Source: a plasmid. Taken from it: DNA of 64,000 nt. The notes under the pieces are model-generated. The model saw only the letters and a list, made by a program, of their open reading frames with translations, was not told the DNA's origin and made no database searches. Positions 43,118 to 54,784 of the stretch are shown here, in pieces (positions within the stretch are counted from its first letter, which is position 1; every line of letters begins with the position of its first letter). A program made the position numbers and the translations under genes. The stretch is taken from the sequence record CP063550.1. The stretch is one strand, 5' to 3'.

Positions 43118-44377
43118 GTGCAACACCAAAAGAGACTCATTCCAAACGAAGAAAATATGTTTTATTTACACGCATTTACTAAAAAGCAGCCTGATTTGAA
43201 TTGGGAAAATGAAGAAGTACGTGAAGAAATCTATGCAATGATTAACTATTGGTTAGATAAAGGACTAGGCGGATTTAGAATCGATGCGATATTAAACATC
43301 AAAAAAAAACTAGAGTATGGCATCTTTGAATCTGATGGAGAAGATGGGTTAGCCTTCATTGGGCCCTGGATTCTTAATCAGTCGGGCATTGAAGTGTGGT
43401 TAAAAGAAATGAGAGAGCGGACATTTAAACCACATAATAGTATGACGGTAGCAGAAGCCGATGTTCCTAATGAACGTTTAGATGAATATATTGGTGAAGA
43501 TGGCTATTATTCGATGGTTTTTGATTTTAGTTATACGGATATTGATGTACCTGAAACTGGTGAATGGTTTAAAGATAGCCAATGGACATGGACGGATATG
43601 CGTACCAATATTTTTACGAATCAATTAGTTACGCAAGATAAAGGTTGGGGCGCCTTATATTTAGAAAACCACGATCAACCACGTTCAATTAATAAATATA
43701 TTCCAGAAGAATGGATCAATGATTATAGTAAAAAAATGTTGGCGACGCTTTTTATGTTACTAAGAGGTACCCCTTTTATTTATCAAGGACAAGAACTAGG
43801 AATGACCAACATAGAAATGGCATCATTAGAAGATTTTGATGATGTAGCTACGCATTCTCAGTATAAACGGGCATTAGAATATGGATTGGCACCAGAGCAA
43901 GCATTGAAAGCTGTCAATAAACGAAGTCGGGATAATTCTCGCACACCTATGCAATGGAATACGCAAAAAAATGCCAGATTCTCAACTTCTGATAATGTAT
44001 GGTTAAAAGTAAATCCTAATTATCCAGAACTCAATGCAGAAGCTCAGTTAACCAATCAACAGTCGGTATTCAATTATTATCATCAATTAATTAAATTAAG
44101 AAAAAATAGTGTATACAAAGACGTGCTAATCTACGGACAATTTCTACCAGTGAAAGATAAAAATGAACATATTTTGCTTTATGAACGCCAATTAGAAGAT
44201 AAAATCGTATTAGTTATCTTAAACGTTACAGCAACAGAACAAGAATATTATGTAGATGAACAGTACCAACAAGTATTAATCAATAATTATGAAGATGTTT
44301 TATTAGATCAAAGTCGAAAATTGCGTTTACGACCGTTTGAAAGTATTGTATTAGCTAATTATGGAGGACAATTATGA
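43118..44377 (+). pseudogene. GH13 oligo-1,6-glucosidase/alpha-glucosidase missing about 130 N-terminal codons
   Basis: Starts inside the conserved QPDLNWEN region; GFRIDAI and later motifs are present. The gene begins 21 nt after the agaA stop. Confidence 0.65.
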
Positions 44378-45834
44378 AAATTAAAAACGAAGCAATGCTC
44401 ATCACCTATGCAGATAGTTTAGGAAAAAACATGGGCGAATTAAAACAAGTCTTAGACAAACATTTACAAGGTGTTATTGGTGGTGTACATCTGTTGCCTT
44501 TTTTTCCATCGACAGGTGATCGAGGCTTTGCGCCGAGTGATTATACGACAGTTGATCCAGCTCTTGGAACATGGGAAGATGTGGAAGCATTAGGTGAAGA
44601 TTATTATTTGATGTTTGATTTTATGATTAATCACATTTCTCGTGAATCAAAATTTTTCCAAGATTTCAAAAAAAACCATGAGCAGTCACCATACAAAGAA
44701 ATGTTTATCCGTATTCATGAATTTTTCCCAGAAAATCGACCAACACAAGAAGATATTGATTTAATCTACAAGCGTAAAGACAAAGCGCCGTTTCAAACGG
44801 TAGAATTTGCGGATGGTACGACAGAAGAGGTTTGGAATACCTTTGGGGAAGAACAAATTGATTTAGATGTGACCAAAGAAGTTGTGAAAGAATTTATTCG
44901 AGAAACCATCAAAGATATGGCGAACCATGGCTGTTCTTTAATTCGATTAGATGCGTTTGCTTATGCGATTAAAAAATTAGATACCAATGATTTCTTCGTG
45001 GAACCAGATATTTGGGAACTTTTAGACGAAGTGCGTCAAGAAGCAGCGAAATATGACGTCGAATTATTACCAGAAATCCATGAGCATTATTCCATTCAAA
45101 TGAAAATTGCCAATCATGATTATTATATCTATGACTTCGCCTTGCCAATGGTCACTCTGTATTCACTTTATAGTGGAAAATCAGAACGTTTAGCCAATTG
45201 GTTGAAAATGAGTCCGATGAAGCAGTTTACAACATTGGATACGCATGATGGAATTGGTGTTGTGGACGCTCGTGATTTATTAACAGATGAAGAATTGGAT
45301 TACACCTCTGAGGAATTGTATAAAGTCGGGGCGAATGTGAAGAAGGTCTATTCAAGTGCCAATTACAATAATTTAGATATTTATCAAATTAACAGCACCT
45401 ATTATAGTGCATTAGGCGATAATGACCGTAGCTATCTGTTAGCACGTGCGATTCAAGTATTTGCGCCAGGGATTCCACAAATTTATTACGTTGGGTTATT
45501 AGCAGGAAAAAATGATATTGAACTGTTGGAAGCAACGAAAGAAGGGCGTAATATTAATCGTCATTACTATGATTTAGCCGAAATTGAAGAAGAAGTGCAA
45601 CGGCCAGTGATTCAACAATTATTTGCACTTTTAAAATTTAGAAATGAATCTGCGGCGTTTGATTTGGATGGAACGATTGAAGTAGCAACGCCATCAGAAT
45701 CAGAAATAGTGATTACACGTAAAAATAAAAACGGTAGTGATAGTGCAACATTAACGGCTAACTTGGATACGAAAGAATTTATCATTGAGTCTAAAGATAT
45801 AAAAATTTTCACTAGTGTTGCATTAAAATTTTAA
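44374..45834 (+). CDS. gtfA: Sucrose phosphorylase (GH13_18)
   Basis: 486 aa with the typical N-terminus ([10 protein letters not shown]...LPFFPS). Confidence 0.85.
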   Translation: MKIKNEAMLITYADSLGKNMGELKQVLDKHLQGVIGGVHLLPFFPSTGDRGFAPSDYTTVDPALGTWEDVEALGEDYYLMFDFMINHISRESKFFQDFKKNHEQSPYKEMFIRIHEFFPENRPTQEDIDLIYKRKDKAPFQTVEFADGTTEEVWNTFGEEQIDLDVTKEVVKEFIRETIKDMANHGCSLIRLDAFAYAIKKLDTNDFFVEPDIWELLDEVRQEAAKYDVELLPEIHEHYSIQMKIANHDYYIYDFALPMVTLYSLYSGKSERLANWLKMSPMKQFTTLDTHDGIGVVDARDLLTDEELDYTSEELYKVGANVKKVYSSANYNNLDIYQINSTYYSALGDNDRSYLLARAIQVFAPGIPQIYYVGLLAGKNDIELLEATKEGRNINRHYYDLAEIEEEVQRPVIQQLFALLKFRNESAAFDLDGTIEVATPSESEIVITRKNKNGSDSATLTANLDTKEFIIESKDIKIFTSVALKF

Positions 45835-45871
45835 CCTATTCCATAGAACAAAAAATCCTTTATACTAGCAC

Positions 45872-47017
45872 TTGGATGACTTATCCAAGACCAATAAAAA
45901 GGACTCATACATGGATAAGTATAAAACAAATACAGCATTTAATAAATGGTTTTCTGCCATAAAATTAGGAAAACTTTCTGTCAACTCCCAAAAATGTATT
46001 TTTGATTACAATTCGTATCGTAAAAAACTGTCTTTTGAAGCTGTGCTCAAGCTCTTTCTCTACGCAGTTAATGAAGAAAAAGAAAGTTTGCGTGATTTGA
46101 GTACAGCTCTTATCGACCGATCGCTCCAACTAGAAACCGATGTGTCATCGATTAGTCATACCCAATTGTCTCGAGCATTTAATGCACTTGAACCTAAAGT
46201 GTTAGAAGAAATTTTTCAACAACTGTTAGAAAAAGTTCAACATCAAATCAAACCAACCAAGCGAAATCATCTGTATCTGATTGATTCCAGTACGTTTTCG
46301 CTTAGTTTAAAACGTCATAAGTGGGCGACTTTCCGTCAAACAAAATCAGGTGTCAAGTTACACTTAAACTATTGTTATATGGACGATACTACGATGTATC
46401 CAACTGATTTTACCTTAACAAATGCCCATGAACATGATCTCAATCAACTACCAGTATTGGTGAATCAACCAGAGGCAACTTACGTGTTTGATCGTGGGTA
46501 TTAGGACTTTGAAAAGATGGATCAGATGCATTGGGATGGCTATTTCTTCGTCACTCGGATTAAAAAAAACACCAAAGTTCACGTGATAGATACTCTGGAA
46601 ACATCGCCAGAAACAGAAATTCTACGAGACGAGCTGGTTCGTTTAGGATCTAAAACCTATCTAACCGCCAATTTCCGACTAGTCACTGTTCAAGATAAGA
46701 ACGGACGTGTGTTTCAATTTATCACCAATCGAATGGACGTCTCTTCAAAAGAAATCTCTGATATGTATCACGCTCGTTGGCAAATCGAATTGTTTTTCAA
46801 GCACATCAAACAACACATGACCATTAAAACCTTCTTTTCTCAAAGTGAAAAAGGCGTGCAGAATCAATTGATTTTAACGATGATTTCCGCTCTCCTCACG
46901 TTTCTCATCAAATTGGAGACGAAAACGGAAAAATCAGTGTTCCAAATCAAACGATTCTTTCGTTATTTACTGTTTCAGCCCTTTGAATGTTGTCTAGAAA
47001 AATTAATTCCCACATGA
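45872..47017 (+). pseudogene. IS4-family DDE transposase with an in-frame TAG at 46502-46504
   Basis: ORFs 45872-46504 and 46517-47017 are in the same frame. Y-2-R-3-E-6-K signature present (YHARWQIELFFKHIK). Confidence 0.65.
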
Positions 47018-47338
47018 GAAAAAAGAAATTTGGCTCGTTACTTTTGGTTTTCAGTTGAATAACAGATAAAAAATTTTCTGGAAAAAGTCATCCTCTGCGT
47101 CAGCACAGTTTTTTTTGACTTATTTTCAGAGGAAATAGTTTTCAGAATATTCTAAAATGTTTTATGCAACACTAGTGATATTTTTTAGAATTAGATTTCT
47201 AATGTGCATTTTTTGAGTATTAAGGAGCAAGTATACAAAGATTTATAAAGCTGATTAAATTTGAATAAAAATATGCAGGAACGCTACTATTTTTAGTAGT
47301 GTTCTTTTTTATATTTGAATAAAAAATGTGGTGGTTAA

Positions 47339-47548
47339 ATGGTGGTTATAACAAAAAATGAATTAATGAAATTAGGTTATGGGAAGTATCAGTCTGAGAG
47401 AATCATACGACAGGCAAAAGCAATTATGGTTTCAAAAAGCTATACCTATTACGAAAATAGAAGATTAGGACTAGTACCTGTTGAATCTGTAGAAGAAGTT
47501 TTAGGTATGAAGATAGAGGTAGAGGAGGATTTTCAGAATCATGGTTAA
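47339..47548 (+). CDS. DUF3173-like small protein (integrase-associated)
   Basis: 69 aa (ITKNELMKLGY...IRQAK...VPVESVEEVLG), immediately upstream of an integrase gene. Confidence 0.5.
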   Translation: MVVITKNELMKLGYGKYQSERIIRQAKAIMVSKSYTYYENRRLGLVPVESVEEVLGMKIEVEEDFQNHG

Positions 47549-48666
47549 TTTTAAAAAAGATAAAAATGGGAAATATCATTTTACTGCTAGTTTGGGATTC
47601 GACAAACGAACAGGGAAAAGAGTACAAAAAAACGTAGAGGGGTTAAAACAGTTAAAGAAGAAAAAAAGCGTATACCGAACTTGTTTCTAATTATGGAAAA
47701 GAAGCAGAAACTTCTCAAAGTACTATGTTGTTTGAGGAGTTTTTTTATAAATTATTCCTACCTTATTATCAAGGGAAAGTAGAAGAAAGAACATATAAAA
47801 ATCGGTTATCTACAATCAAAAAAACTTTTCTTATTTCTTTAAAATGGAGTTAAGAGAAATACGTCCAATTGACATTCAAAAGTGGCAAAATAATTTATTG
47901 AGCAAATATAAAAATTCTTATGTAAGAAACATGTATGGGATTTTTCAGATGTCATTAGATCGAGCAGTTGTTTTGGGACTACTTGAAAAAAATCCTGCAA
48001 AAGTTATTGGAAATGTGAAGAAAAGGAAAACTACAGTTGATTTTTGGACAAAAGAAGAATTTACAAAAGTTATTTCAACTTTTTATATTGATGATTTGTA
48101 CCAACATTTTGGTTTTATTTGTATGTGGTTACTTTTTATGACCGTTATGCGTTTGGGAGAAGCCACTGCATTAACTTGGAAAGATATTGATTTTGAAAAT
48201 AAAAACTTGCGTGTGAATAAAACACTCTATTATAAGAGAGCCAAAACCTATGAGTTTGTAGAACCCGAAACGGCTTCTAGTATTCGTACAATCGAACTAG
48301 ACGACAATACAATTACCTTTTTAAAAGCTTGGAAGGAGCGTCAAGTTTCAATAGGAGGCATGTCGTTTGTACTTTCTTATAATGGAACACCTACTCAGAA
48401 ATATACAATCCGTCATATTATGAGAAGACATGCAACGATCGTTGGTGTTCATATAATCCGCATACACGGATTAAGGCATAGTCATGCTTCTTTGCTTATA
48501 TCACAATAAAAAGATGCACTTCGAATTAAAGAAAGGTTAAAACATGCTGATGTACAAACGACTTTAGGAACTTATGGTCATTTGTATCTAAATTCATTGA
48601 GAGAGATAACAAATGATCCCACAGATTATATCCAAACTAATTTTTCTAAAATCAAACCGACACCTA
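47541..48666 (+). pseudogene. Phage-type tyrosine integrase, frameshifted near the N-terminus and carrying a premature TAA (48507-48509) before the catalytic Tyr
   Basis: The N-terminal ORF MVNFKKDKNGKYHF stops after an A-rich tract at 47660-47670. The main ORF 47844-48509 is followed in frame by ...RLKHADVQTTLGTYGHLY. Confidence 0.65.
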
Positions 48667-48792
48667 TTTACGATAATAAAAAATAAATGATAAACAAAAG
48701 TAGGATCACACCAAAAGAAACACACTAGAAAAACTATAATACAGGCTTTTCTAGCGTGTTGTTTCTTATTTCCGCCTATTTATACATTATAC

Positions 48793-49887
48793 TCATAAAG
48801 CATTTAATGCATCGATCGTAGCCGCATTGTCTATATGGGTATATAAAGTTGTTGTATTGGTACTTGAATGTCCCAATTGTTGGGCAGTTAATACCAATGA
48901 ATTTGTCTGTTGGTAGAGTCTAGTAGCTAATGTATGACGCAGTTTGTGAGGGCTGACTTGAATTCTAAAGCCTTTTGAATATTTTGCTACCATCCGTTCG
49001 ATTGCAATACCGGATATACGCTTGGCTTCTCCTTGGTAAATTGCTAGAAATAAAGCTTTTTCGTTTTCTGTTACTTTATATCGTTCTTTCCGAATAGCTA
49101 GATAATTAGCTAAATATTCCATTGCGAATGCTGCTATATTGACAGCATCTCTTTTATTTCCTTTTCTAGTTACTACCACATTATTCTTATCTAAAGATAG
49201 GTCATCTAAATTAATATTTATAACCTCGGAGAGTCTCAATCCAGATCCTAAAATCAGTGCATTGATCGCCAGGTCTCTTTCTACATCTCGTTGATAATAG
49301 ATCAAAGCTCGTTTACTCAAAGTATTTTTATATTCATTGGCAATATAATCTAGATAATTTTGTGTATCCTTATCTAGAAATAATTTTTTCTCAATGGCAT
49401 TGGCACGTGCAGCTAACGTAGTTTTATCTGTGATGGTTGCTACTTGATCCATAGGATTATTGTCTAAGTATGGTTTTCCTAGAGGATTATTGGAACTTTT
49501 CGAAAGATATTTAAATAGAACCTTTAATGCCGTGATATTTCTATTGATAGTAGAAGTAGATAGACCTAAGTTATTATTATCTTTGAGCTTAGTTTTTGTT
49601 GTCTCTTTTTTTACATTTTCTTTTGTGCGACGTTTCAAATGAGATTTGTACAAGTTTAGGTCATAGGCAGTTAACTGTCTTATCGAGGTGATAGAAGTAT
49701 CAGGAACGATAGACTCACTCAGAAGCCATTCATAAAAGAGCTTATAATTTTTTAGATATTCTAAAGTGGTTCGAGGTGATTGATCTTTATCCTCACGATC
49801 TTGAACAAAATCTTTTATATAATCGGGCATATGAAGTATGATTGTATCTATTTTTTGATATATTTCTGTATTTTTCATGTCATTCAT
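48793..49887 (-). CDS. XerS/XerD-like tyrosine recombinase
   Basis: 364 aa; RHTLATRLY...LGHSSTNTTTLYTHI catalytic region and XerS-like N-terminal blocks (TLEYLKNYKLFYEWL). Subfamily assigned from memory. Confidence 0.6.
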   Translation of the reverse strand: MNDMKNTEIYQKIDTIILHMPDYIKDFVQDREDKDQSPRTTLEYLKNYKLFYEWLLSESIVPDTSITSIRQLTAYDLNLYKSHLKRRTKENVKKETTKTKLKDNNNLGLSTSTINRNITALKVLFKYLSKSSNNPLGKPYLDNNPMDQVATITDKTTLAARANAIEKKLFLDKDTQNYLDYIANEYKNTLSKRALIYYQRDVERDLAINALILGSGLRLSEVININLDDLSLDKNNVVVTRKGNKRDAVNIAAFAMEYLANYLAIRKERYKVTENEKALFLAIYQGEAKRISGIAIERMVAKYSKGFRIQVSPHKLRHTLATRLYQQTNSLVLTAQQLGHSSTNTTTLYTHIDNAATIDALNAL

Positions 49888-49916
49888 CCTTTCAATAAGT
49901 AGGGGAGAAGAGTATC

Positions 49917-49944
49917 TCTATAATTGGACTATACCAATTATAGA
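49917..49944. promoter_or_regulatory. Perfect 11-6-11 palindrome TCTATAATTGG-ACTATA-CCAATTATAGA (dif-like recombinase site candidate), 30 bp upstream of the XerS-like gene
   Basis: Read directly from the sequence. A partial third half-site (TACCAATTGAC, reverse complement) lies at 49955-49966. Confidence 0.45.
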
Positions 49945-50211
49945 ATGTTTTGTCAATTGGTATGCTCTAAAATTTATTAATTTGTTTCAAAAAAAGCATA
50001 TAAACAGGTATACGTTTAATAATTTAAAATAAATGGTATACATAAATAGGGAAGGAAATAGAAGGGAGCAATCTAAATTTTTTGAATTTTCTTAATTAAT
50101 TATATAGAAAGAACAATCTTTCTATAGAGTTAGACATGAGAGGGACTATGCTTGATTTAAAATCAACAAGCGTATATACTGTATATACAAAGAAAAAGGA
50201 GGGAGAAGACT

Positions 50212-50445
50212 ATGGCAATTAAAGAAAGAAAATTTAGGGAAGTGGGGAACTCAGTAGTATTAACTATTTCAAAGGAGTTTCTTAAAGAAAATGGGTTAAA
50301 TCCCGGAGATACGGTTTTTTTAGATGAAGAAAAACTTCGAGCGGCAATTACAAAAAAACAAGCCTTATCTGATGAAATTGATTTAGCAATATCTCAAGCA
50401 TTAACTGAATATGATACTACTTTTAGAGAGCTTGTCGATAAATGA
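50212..50445 (+). CDS. AbrB/MazE-fold antitoxin (Phd-like partner of Doc)
   Basis: 77 aa with a SpoVT/AbrB swapped-hairpin motif (VGNSVVLTI); overlaps the toxin gene by 4 nt. Confidence 0.6.
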   Translation: MAIKERKFREVGNSVVLTISKEFLKENGLNPGDTVFLDEEKLRAAITKKQALSDEIDLAISQALTEYDTTFRELVDK

Positions 50446-50849
50446 GTATTCATTACCTAGAAGCCAAAGATATTATAAAAATGAATGTAATCCAAATAAA
50501 AAAATACTCTCCTAATGAACCCCTTGGTGTAAAGGATGCGAATGCTTTAGAAATGTGTGTAGGGCAACTTCGAGCCTCAGCTTTTGGTGAAGAGGTTTAT
50601 CCTTCGATTTATGAAAAAGCAGCTATCCTACTTATACAATTGATAAAGAAACATCCTTTTCACAATGCAAATAAACGTACTGCTTTCTTAGCTACTTTTG
50701 TCTTTTTGAAAATCAATGGACAGCTTTTAGCTATTGATCAAAAAGATGCTGTAAATTTAGCGGTATATATTGCTACGTATGATAAGGATTTCGATCAACT
50801 AAAATATGAAGTGATCAACACTATAAAGACACATACGCAGCCCATTTAA
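50442..50849 (+). CDS. doc: Fic/Doc-family toxin (death-on-curing)
   Basis: HPFHNANKRTAF matches the Fic/Doc core HxFx(D/N)(A/G)NKR. Confidence 0.75.
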   Translation: MSIHYLEAKDIIKMNVIQIKKYSPNEPLGVKDANALEMCVGQLRASAFGEEVYPSIYEKAAILLIQLIKKHPFHNANKRTAFLATFVFLKINGQLLAIDQKDAVNLAVYIATYDKDFDQLKYEVINTIKTHTQPI

Positions 50850-50930
50850 GGAGTTACTGTATGTGTCTTTATAGGGTTATTAGCTGCTATAGCGAAATAA
50901 TTGAAGTAAATTACAAATAGCTATAATTCA

Positions 50931-50974
50931 AATCCAACTATATAGAAAACGTAAATTTTCTATATAGTTGGATT
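50931..50974. repeat. Perfect 19-bp-arm palindrome (AATCCAACTATATAGAAAA / TTTTCTATATAGTTGGATT) downstream of doc
   Basis: Read directly from the sequence; 6-nt loop; no T-run follows. Confidence 0.5.
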
Positions 50975-51356
50975 AAGATAACGACTATTTATTTTATCAT
51001 ATTTTTACTATACCCTATACTTTTACTTGGTATATTTATGAATAATCGCAAATTTACCCCTATACTACTAGTTTGTAAGTTAGATTAATAAAAATACTAA
51101 AGTTATTTGTTCTTTTATTAAATACACCTACAACTTATAAATTGATGGTATTTAGATAACACGAAAGAATAAAAATAACAGCTGATAGTAAAGTTTGTTG
51201 ACGATTGCTACTCAATCGAAAGTGAGTTAGTGCGTATGAACTTGCTTCTGAAAACTTATGAAATGAAAGACCTTTTACATCTTGCAGAAATCGGTACTGG
51301 GATTAAACTAAGCAATAAAAACTAATGTTCCCCTCATTCTTTGAACTTCTACTATT

Positions 51357-51706
51357 TGATTTATTTATTCTGATAAATGACGATTTCACCTTCAGGATCT
51401 TCAAATCCCGTATAGAATTTATTTAAGATCTCTTCAGTATCAGTAATAGGATAGGCGATAGGCCACATACCCTTTGATGGTTAGAATAAACTGCTCAAAA
51501 TCTGTATCGTATGTTGGCTTTAGCATATTAACAAAGGCTATCTCCAAATTATAAACCATAAGCGTTGAATCGTTCTTAACAATTTCAATTCTTCCTAACC
51601 CAAAGTCAGAAGATATAATTACCGGACTTGCCTTACCCTTCATGTGGGTTGTTGAGATTCCATATTTAAAGGGAATTGTCGGTACTATCGGCGGTCTGAA
51701 AAACAT
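51357..51706 (-). pseudogene. Hypothetical small gene apparently split by a frameshift near 51470
   Basis: The 88-aa ORF 51440-51706 and an overlapping 40-codon ORF ending at 51357 would read through if shifted by one frame. Confidence 0.25.
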
Positions 51707-51985
51707 CCCAAAAATAAAAAAATCTTTCCCCTGCTAGTCTCCTAAGTCCCTTTGTAGCGGATATGGCACCATAATCTCATTTTATCGAAGTGAGTCATGG
51801 TTTATCTGTTGGCCAACCAAAATTGATACAATCTAACGATGCACCCTCTACGGCATTCTAGGGGAGTGCACTTGCATTCACCCAATAAAAACCGGCAGTT
51901 AGCAAAGAACTTATGTAGTCGTATGTTCTTACTGTTAACATACAAGAGGTCTCCTTTCCACAATTGCTTAGCAGTAAACGGGAAT

Positions 51986-52504
51986 TTACAAAGCTAATCT
52001 CTTCCATTTTCTTATCTTTGTTCTAAAAGTCCCAAATGGAGCAACTGTATTTACATGAATAAATTTATATACTTCCCATACAGCCGTTTTGGTTGCCTCG
52101 TCTGCCCATTTTCTTTTGTGTGCAGTGAATAGATCTTCATCACTCATTGAATCAATCATCATGTTAATATCATCAATATTACGATTGAGAATTTCCTCTA
52201 ATTCTTTCAATGGTAGATGTGCATAGGTATTTGTAAACCACTTATATAACTCTCCTAACTGATTCCATTTAAATTGATCAGAAGGCGTTTTAACAGATAA
52301 TCCATTTCTTTCATCATTTTCCCATTTTAGAATTAAATTCGTCCAACCAACTTGATATGCTAAATTTTCAGCAGGTGTTCTATCCACTTCCTCAACTCTT
52401 TTATCCTTCAATTCTTCAGGAATAGTTTCAAATTCTAAAATATATTTAGTATAAGTCCTATTTATTTCTTTTTTTAATTCTTCTTTATTTTTATATGTTC
52501 TCAT
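51986..52504 (-). CDS. ClbS/DfsB-family (DUF1706) four-helix-bundle protein
   Basis: 172 aa; recalled family blocks (YTKYILEFETIPEE...WTNLILKWE...). Family assignment is tentative. Confidence 0.45.
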   Translation of the reverse strand: MRTYKNKEELKKEINRTYTKYILEFETIPEELKDKRVEEVDRTPAENLAYQVGWTNLILKWENDERNGLSVKTPSDQFKWNQLGELYKWFTNTYAHLPLKELEEILNRNIDDINMMIDSMSDEDLFTAHKRKWADEATKTAVWEVYKFIHVNTVAPFGTFRTKIRKWKRLAL

Positions 52505-52852
52505 TATATTACCTCCATAAATTCCTAATTGTCTCCTTTAATTCATCTATAATTTCATCCACGATATTTTAATCCGTTCTACAATGCATATCTGATATGC
52601 ATTGACTGTCTAACTCATATGTGAATGATTTATAAAATATCCCAACGTCTCATCTAAAGAAATGTTGATCGTCAGCAAGGAGCTAAAAAATACGAATATA
52701 TTTCTTTTGTAGTAAAATCGGACTGGTTTGCATATCATTTTCTTCGTAAATATCAAAATCATGTTAACTACTATCAATTACTAATAAAAACTACCACTTT
52801 AAGCGTTAAGAACTGTTAAGTTTAGTTAAGTGAGGATAGTTCACAAAATCCA

Positions 52853-53119
52853 TTGTTAAACTTCACGAAAGTGGTAAAACTCAAAATGCTTTATATAGGA
52901 TTACAGCATCGCTCTTTCTTCGATTGCGCGTTGGGTAAAAAATATTATGAAGTAAAAATTGACGATGACACGTTCCTTACGGCTCATCAGATGAAACAGC
53001 TACAAAAACGAAATGATCAACTCGAAGAAAATTTAATTCTAAAAAAGCGATTGCCATATTCACGCCTCGCTCGACGAACTATTAAAGGTCAAGATTTACC
53101 TGAAGATCATCCTTTTTAG
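52853..53119 (+). pseudogene. IS3-family OrfA remnant (C-terminal leucine-zipper region only)
   Basis: TAHQMKQLQKRNDQLEENLILKK parallels TPEQKELLELRKRNQQLEMENDILKQ of the orfA at 53622-53912; no HTH. Confidence 0.35.
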
Positions 53120-53621
53120 GAAATTGAAGCTTTTTATGTTGCACAATGCATTTATAATACTACAATGATGTTTTCACCAGATATTCTTCTAGGGTGCGGT
53201 GTAATGAAACAGATACACTTGCAAAAGAAAATTCACCGCGAATTTACTAAAATTATGAATAATTATGTTAATCTTCCGAAATTTTTTTCCAAAATTAAGG
53301 GATCAAGCTGGTGTTATAGATTGTTTAAGGTTGGCAAAAAAATAACTTCTTTTTAAACAATTATAGAAAACCGATACTCTGTTAAGTTGGTTGACACGGT
53401 GTCGATTTTTATGACTTTCTTATTCTGAAACTTCACTAACGGACAGTACCTAAAAAGTCTATAGTATGGACGTTTACGAGTACTATTTTATCAAAAATGC
53501 TGCTCATTTCAACTTATATGTTTTAGTGAACTACCCCCACTTAGCTTGGATAGGCTACAATTAACTAGACAGAAAAATTAAGGTGTGTAGACTAGAAGAA
53601 AACATACCAGGAGGAATTTTT

Positions 53622-53912
53622 ATGTCTAAGAGAACACGAAGAACTTTTTCACAAGAATTCAAGCAACAAATCGTCAATCTTTACTTAGCTGGAAAGCCAC
53701 GTGTAGAAATCATTCGAGAATATGAACTAACGGCTTCAGCATTTGACAAATGGGTAAAGCAATTTAAAACGAGTGGTTCATTCAAAGAAAAAGATAATCT
53801 TACGCCTGAACAAAAAGAATTGTTAGAACTACGTAAAAGAAACCAGCAATTAGAAATGGAAAATGATATTTTAAAGCAAGCAGCGCTGATATTCGGACGA
53901 AGAGACAAGTAA
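53622..53912 (+). CDS. IS3-family transposase OrfA (HTH plus leucine zipper)
   Basis: ATG with AGGAGG 7 nt upstream. Confidence 0.8.
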   Translation: MSKRTRRTFSQEFKQQIVNLYLAGKPRVEIIREYELTASAFDKWVKQFKTSGSFKEKDNLTPEQKELLELRKRNQQLEMENDILKQAALIFGRRDK

Positions 53913-54784
53913 TCGATGCGAATAAGCATCTTTACCCTATATCAGCGATGTGCAGAATATTAGGTCTATCACGTCAGTCCTATTATTATCAATCAAAACC
54001 AAAGAAAGACGAATCAGAACTTGAAGAAGTAGTCGCTGAAGAATTTATCCGCAGCCGAAAGGCCTACGGCTCAAGAAAAATAAAAAAAGCCTTATCAAAA
54101 CGAGGCATTCAGATCAGCCGACGAAAAATTAGTAGAATCATGAAAAATAGAGGATTAAAATCGAGCTATACTGTTGCTTATTTTAAAGTACATCATTCTA
54201 CTTGCAATGAAGCCAAAACGACAAACGTATTGAATCGTAAATTCTTAAGAGACAACCCATTAGAAGCGATCGTAACAGACTTGACTTATGTACGAGTCGG
54301 GAAAAAATGGAATTATGTCTGTTTCATTTTGGATCTGTTCAATCGAGAAATTCTCGGCTATTCTTGTGGAGAACATAAAGATGCCGTTCTAGTAAAAAAA
54401 GCATTTAGCCGTATCAAACAACCTCTGACAGAGGTTGAGATTTTTCATACTGATCGTGGAAAAGAGTTTGATAACCAAGCTATTGATGAATTATTAACAA
54501 CTTTTGACATCAATCGATCATTGAGTCATAAAGGCTGTCCTTTTGATAATGCCGTAGCTGAATCAACTTATAAGTCGTTGAAAGTAGAATTTGTCTATCA
54601 ATACACATTTGAAACCTTACAACAATTGGATTTGGAGTTATTTGACTATGTCAATTGGTGGAACCACCTTCGGTTGCACGGTACACTTGGCTACGAGACA
54701 CCGGTTGGTTACCGTAACCAGAGATTGGCGCAGCGAATCCTTGATAATGAGCTCGGATGTGCTAACGCTAGCGAGGCAGTCTAA
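53870..54784 (+). CDS. IS3-family transposase OrfB (DDE); expressed as an OrfAB fusion by a -1 frameshift at TTTAAAG
   Basis: The -1 frame is open from 53867; DDE motifs (TDLTY, DRGKEF, WWNHLRLH). Confidence 0.8.
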   Translation, partial: FKASSADIRTKRQVIDANKHLYPISAMCRILGLSRQSYYYQSKPKKDESELEEVVAEEFIRSRKAYGSRKIKKALSKRGIQISRRKISRIMKNRGLKSSYTVAYFKVHHSTCNEAKTTNVLNRKFLRDNPLEAIVTDLTYVRVGKKWNYVCFILDLFNREILGYSCGEHKDAVLVKKAFSRIKQPLTEVEIFHTDRGKEFDNQAIDELLTTFDINRSLSHKGCPFDNAVAESTYKSLKVEFVYQYTFETLQQLDLELFDYVNWWNHLRLHGTLGYETPVGYRNQRLAQRILDNELGCANASEAV

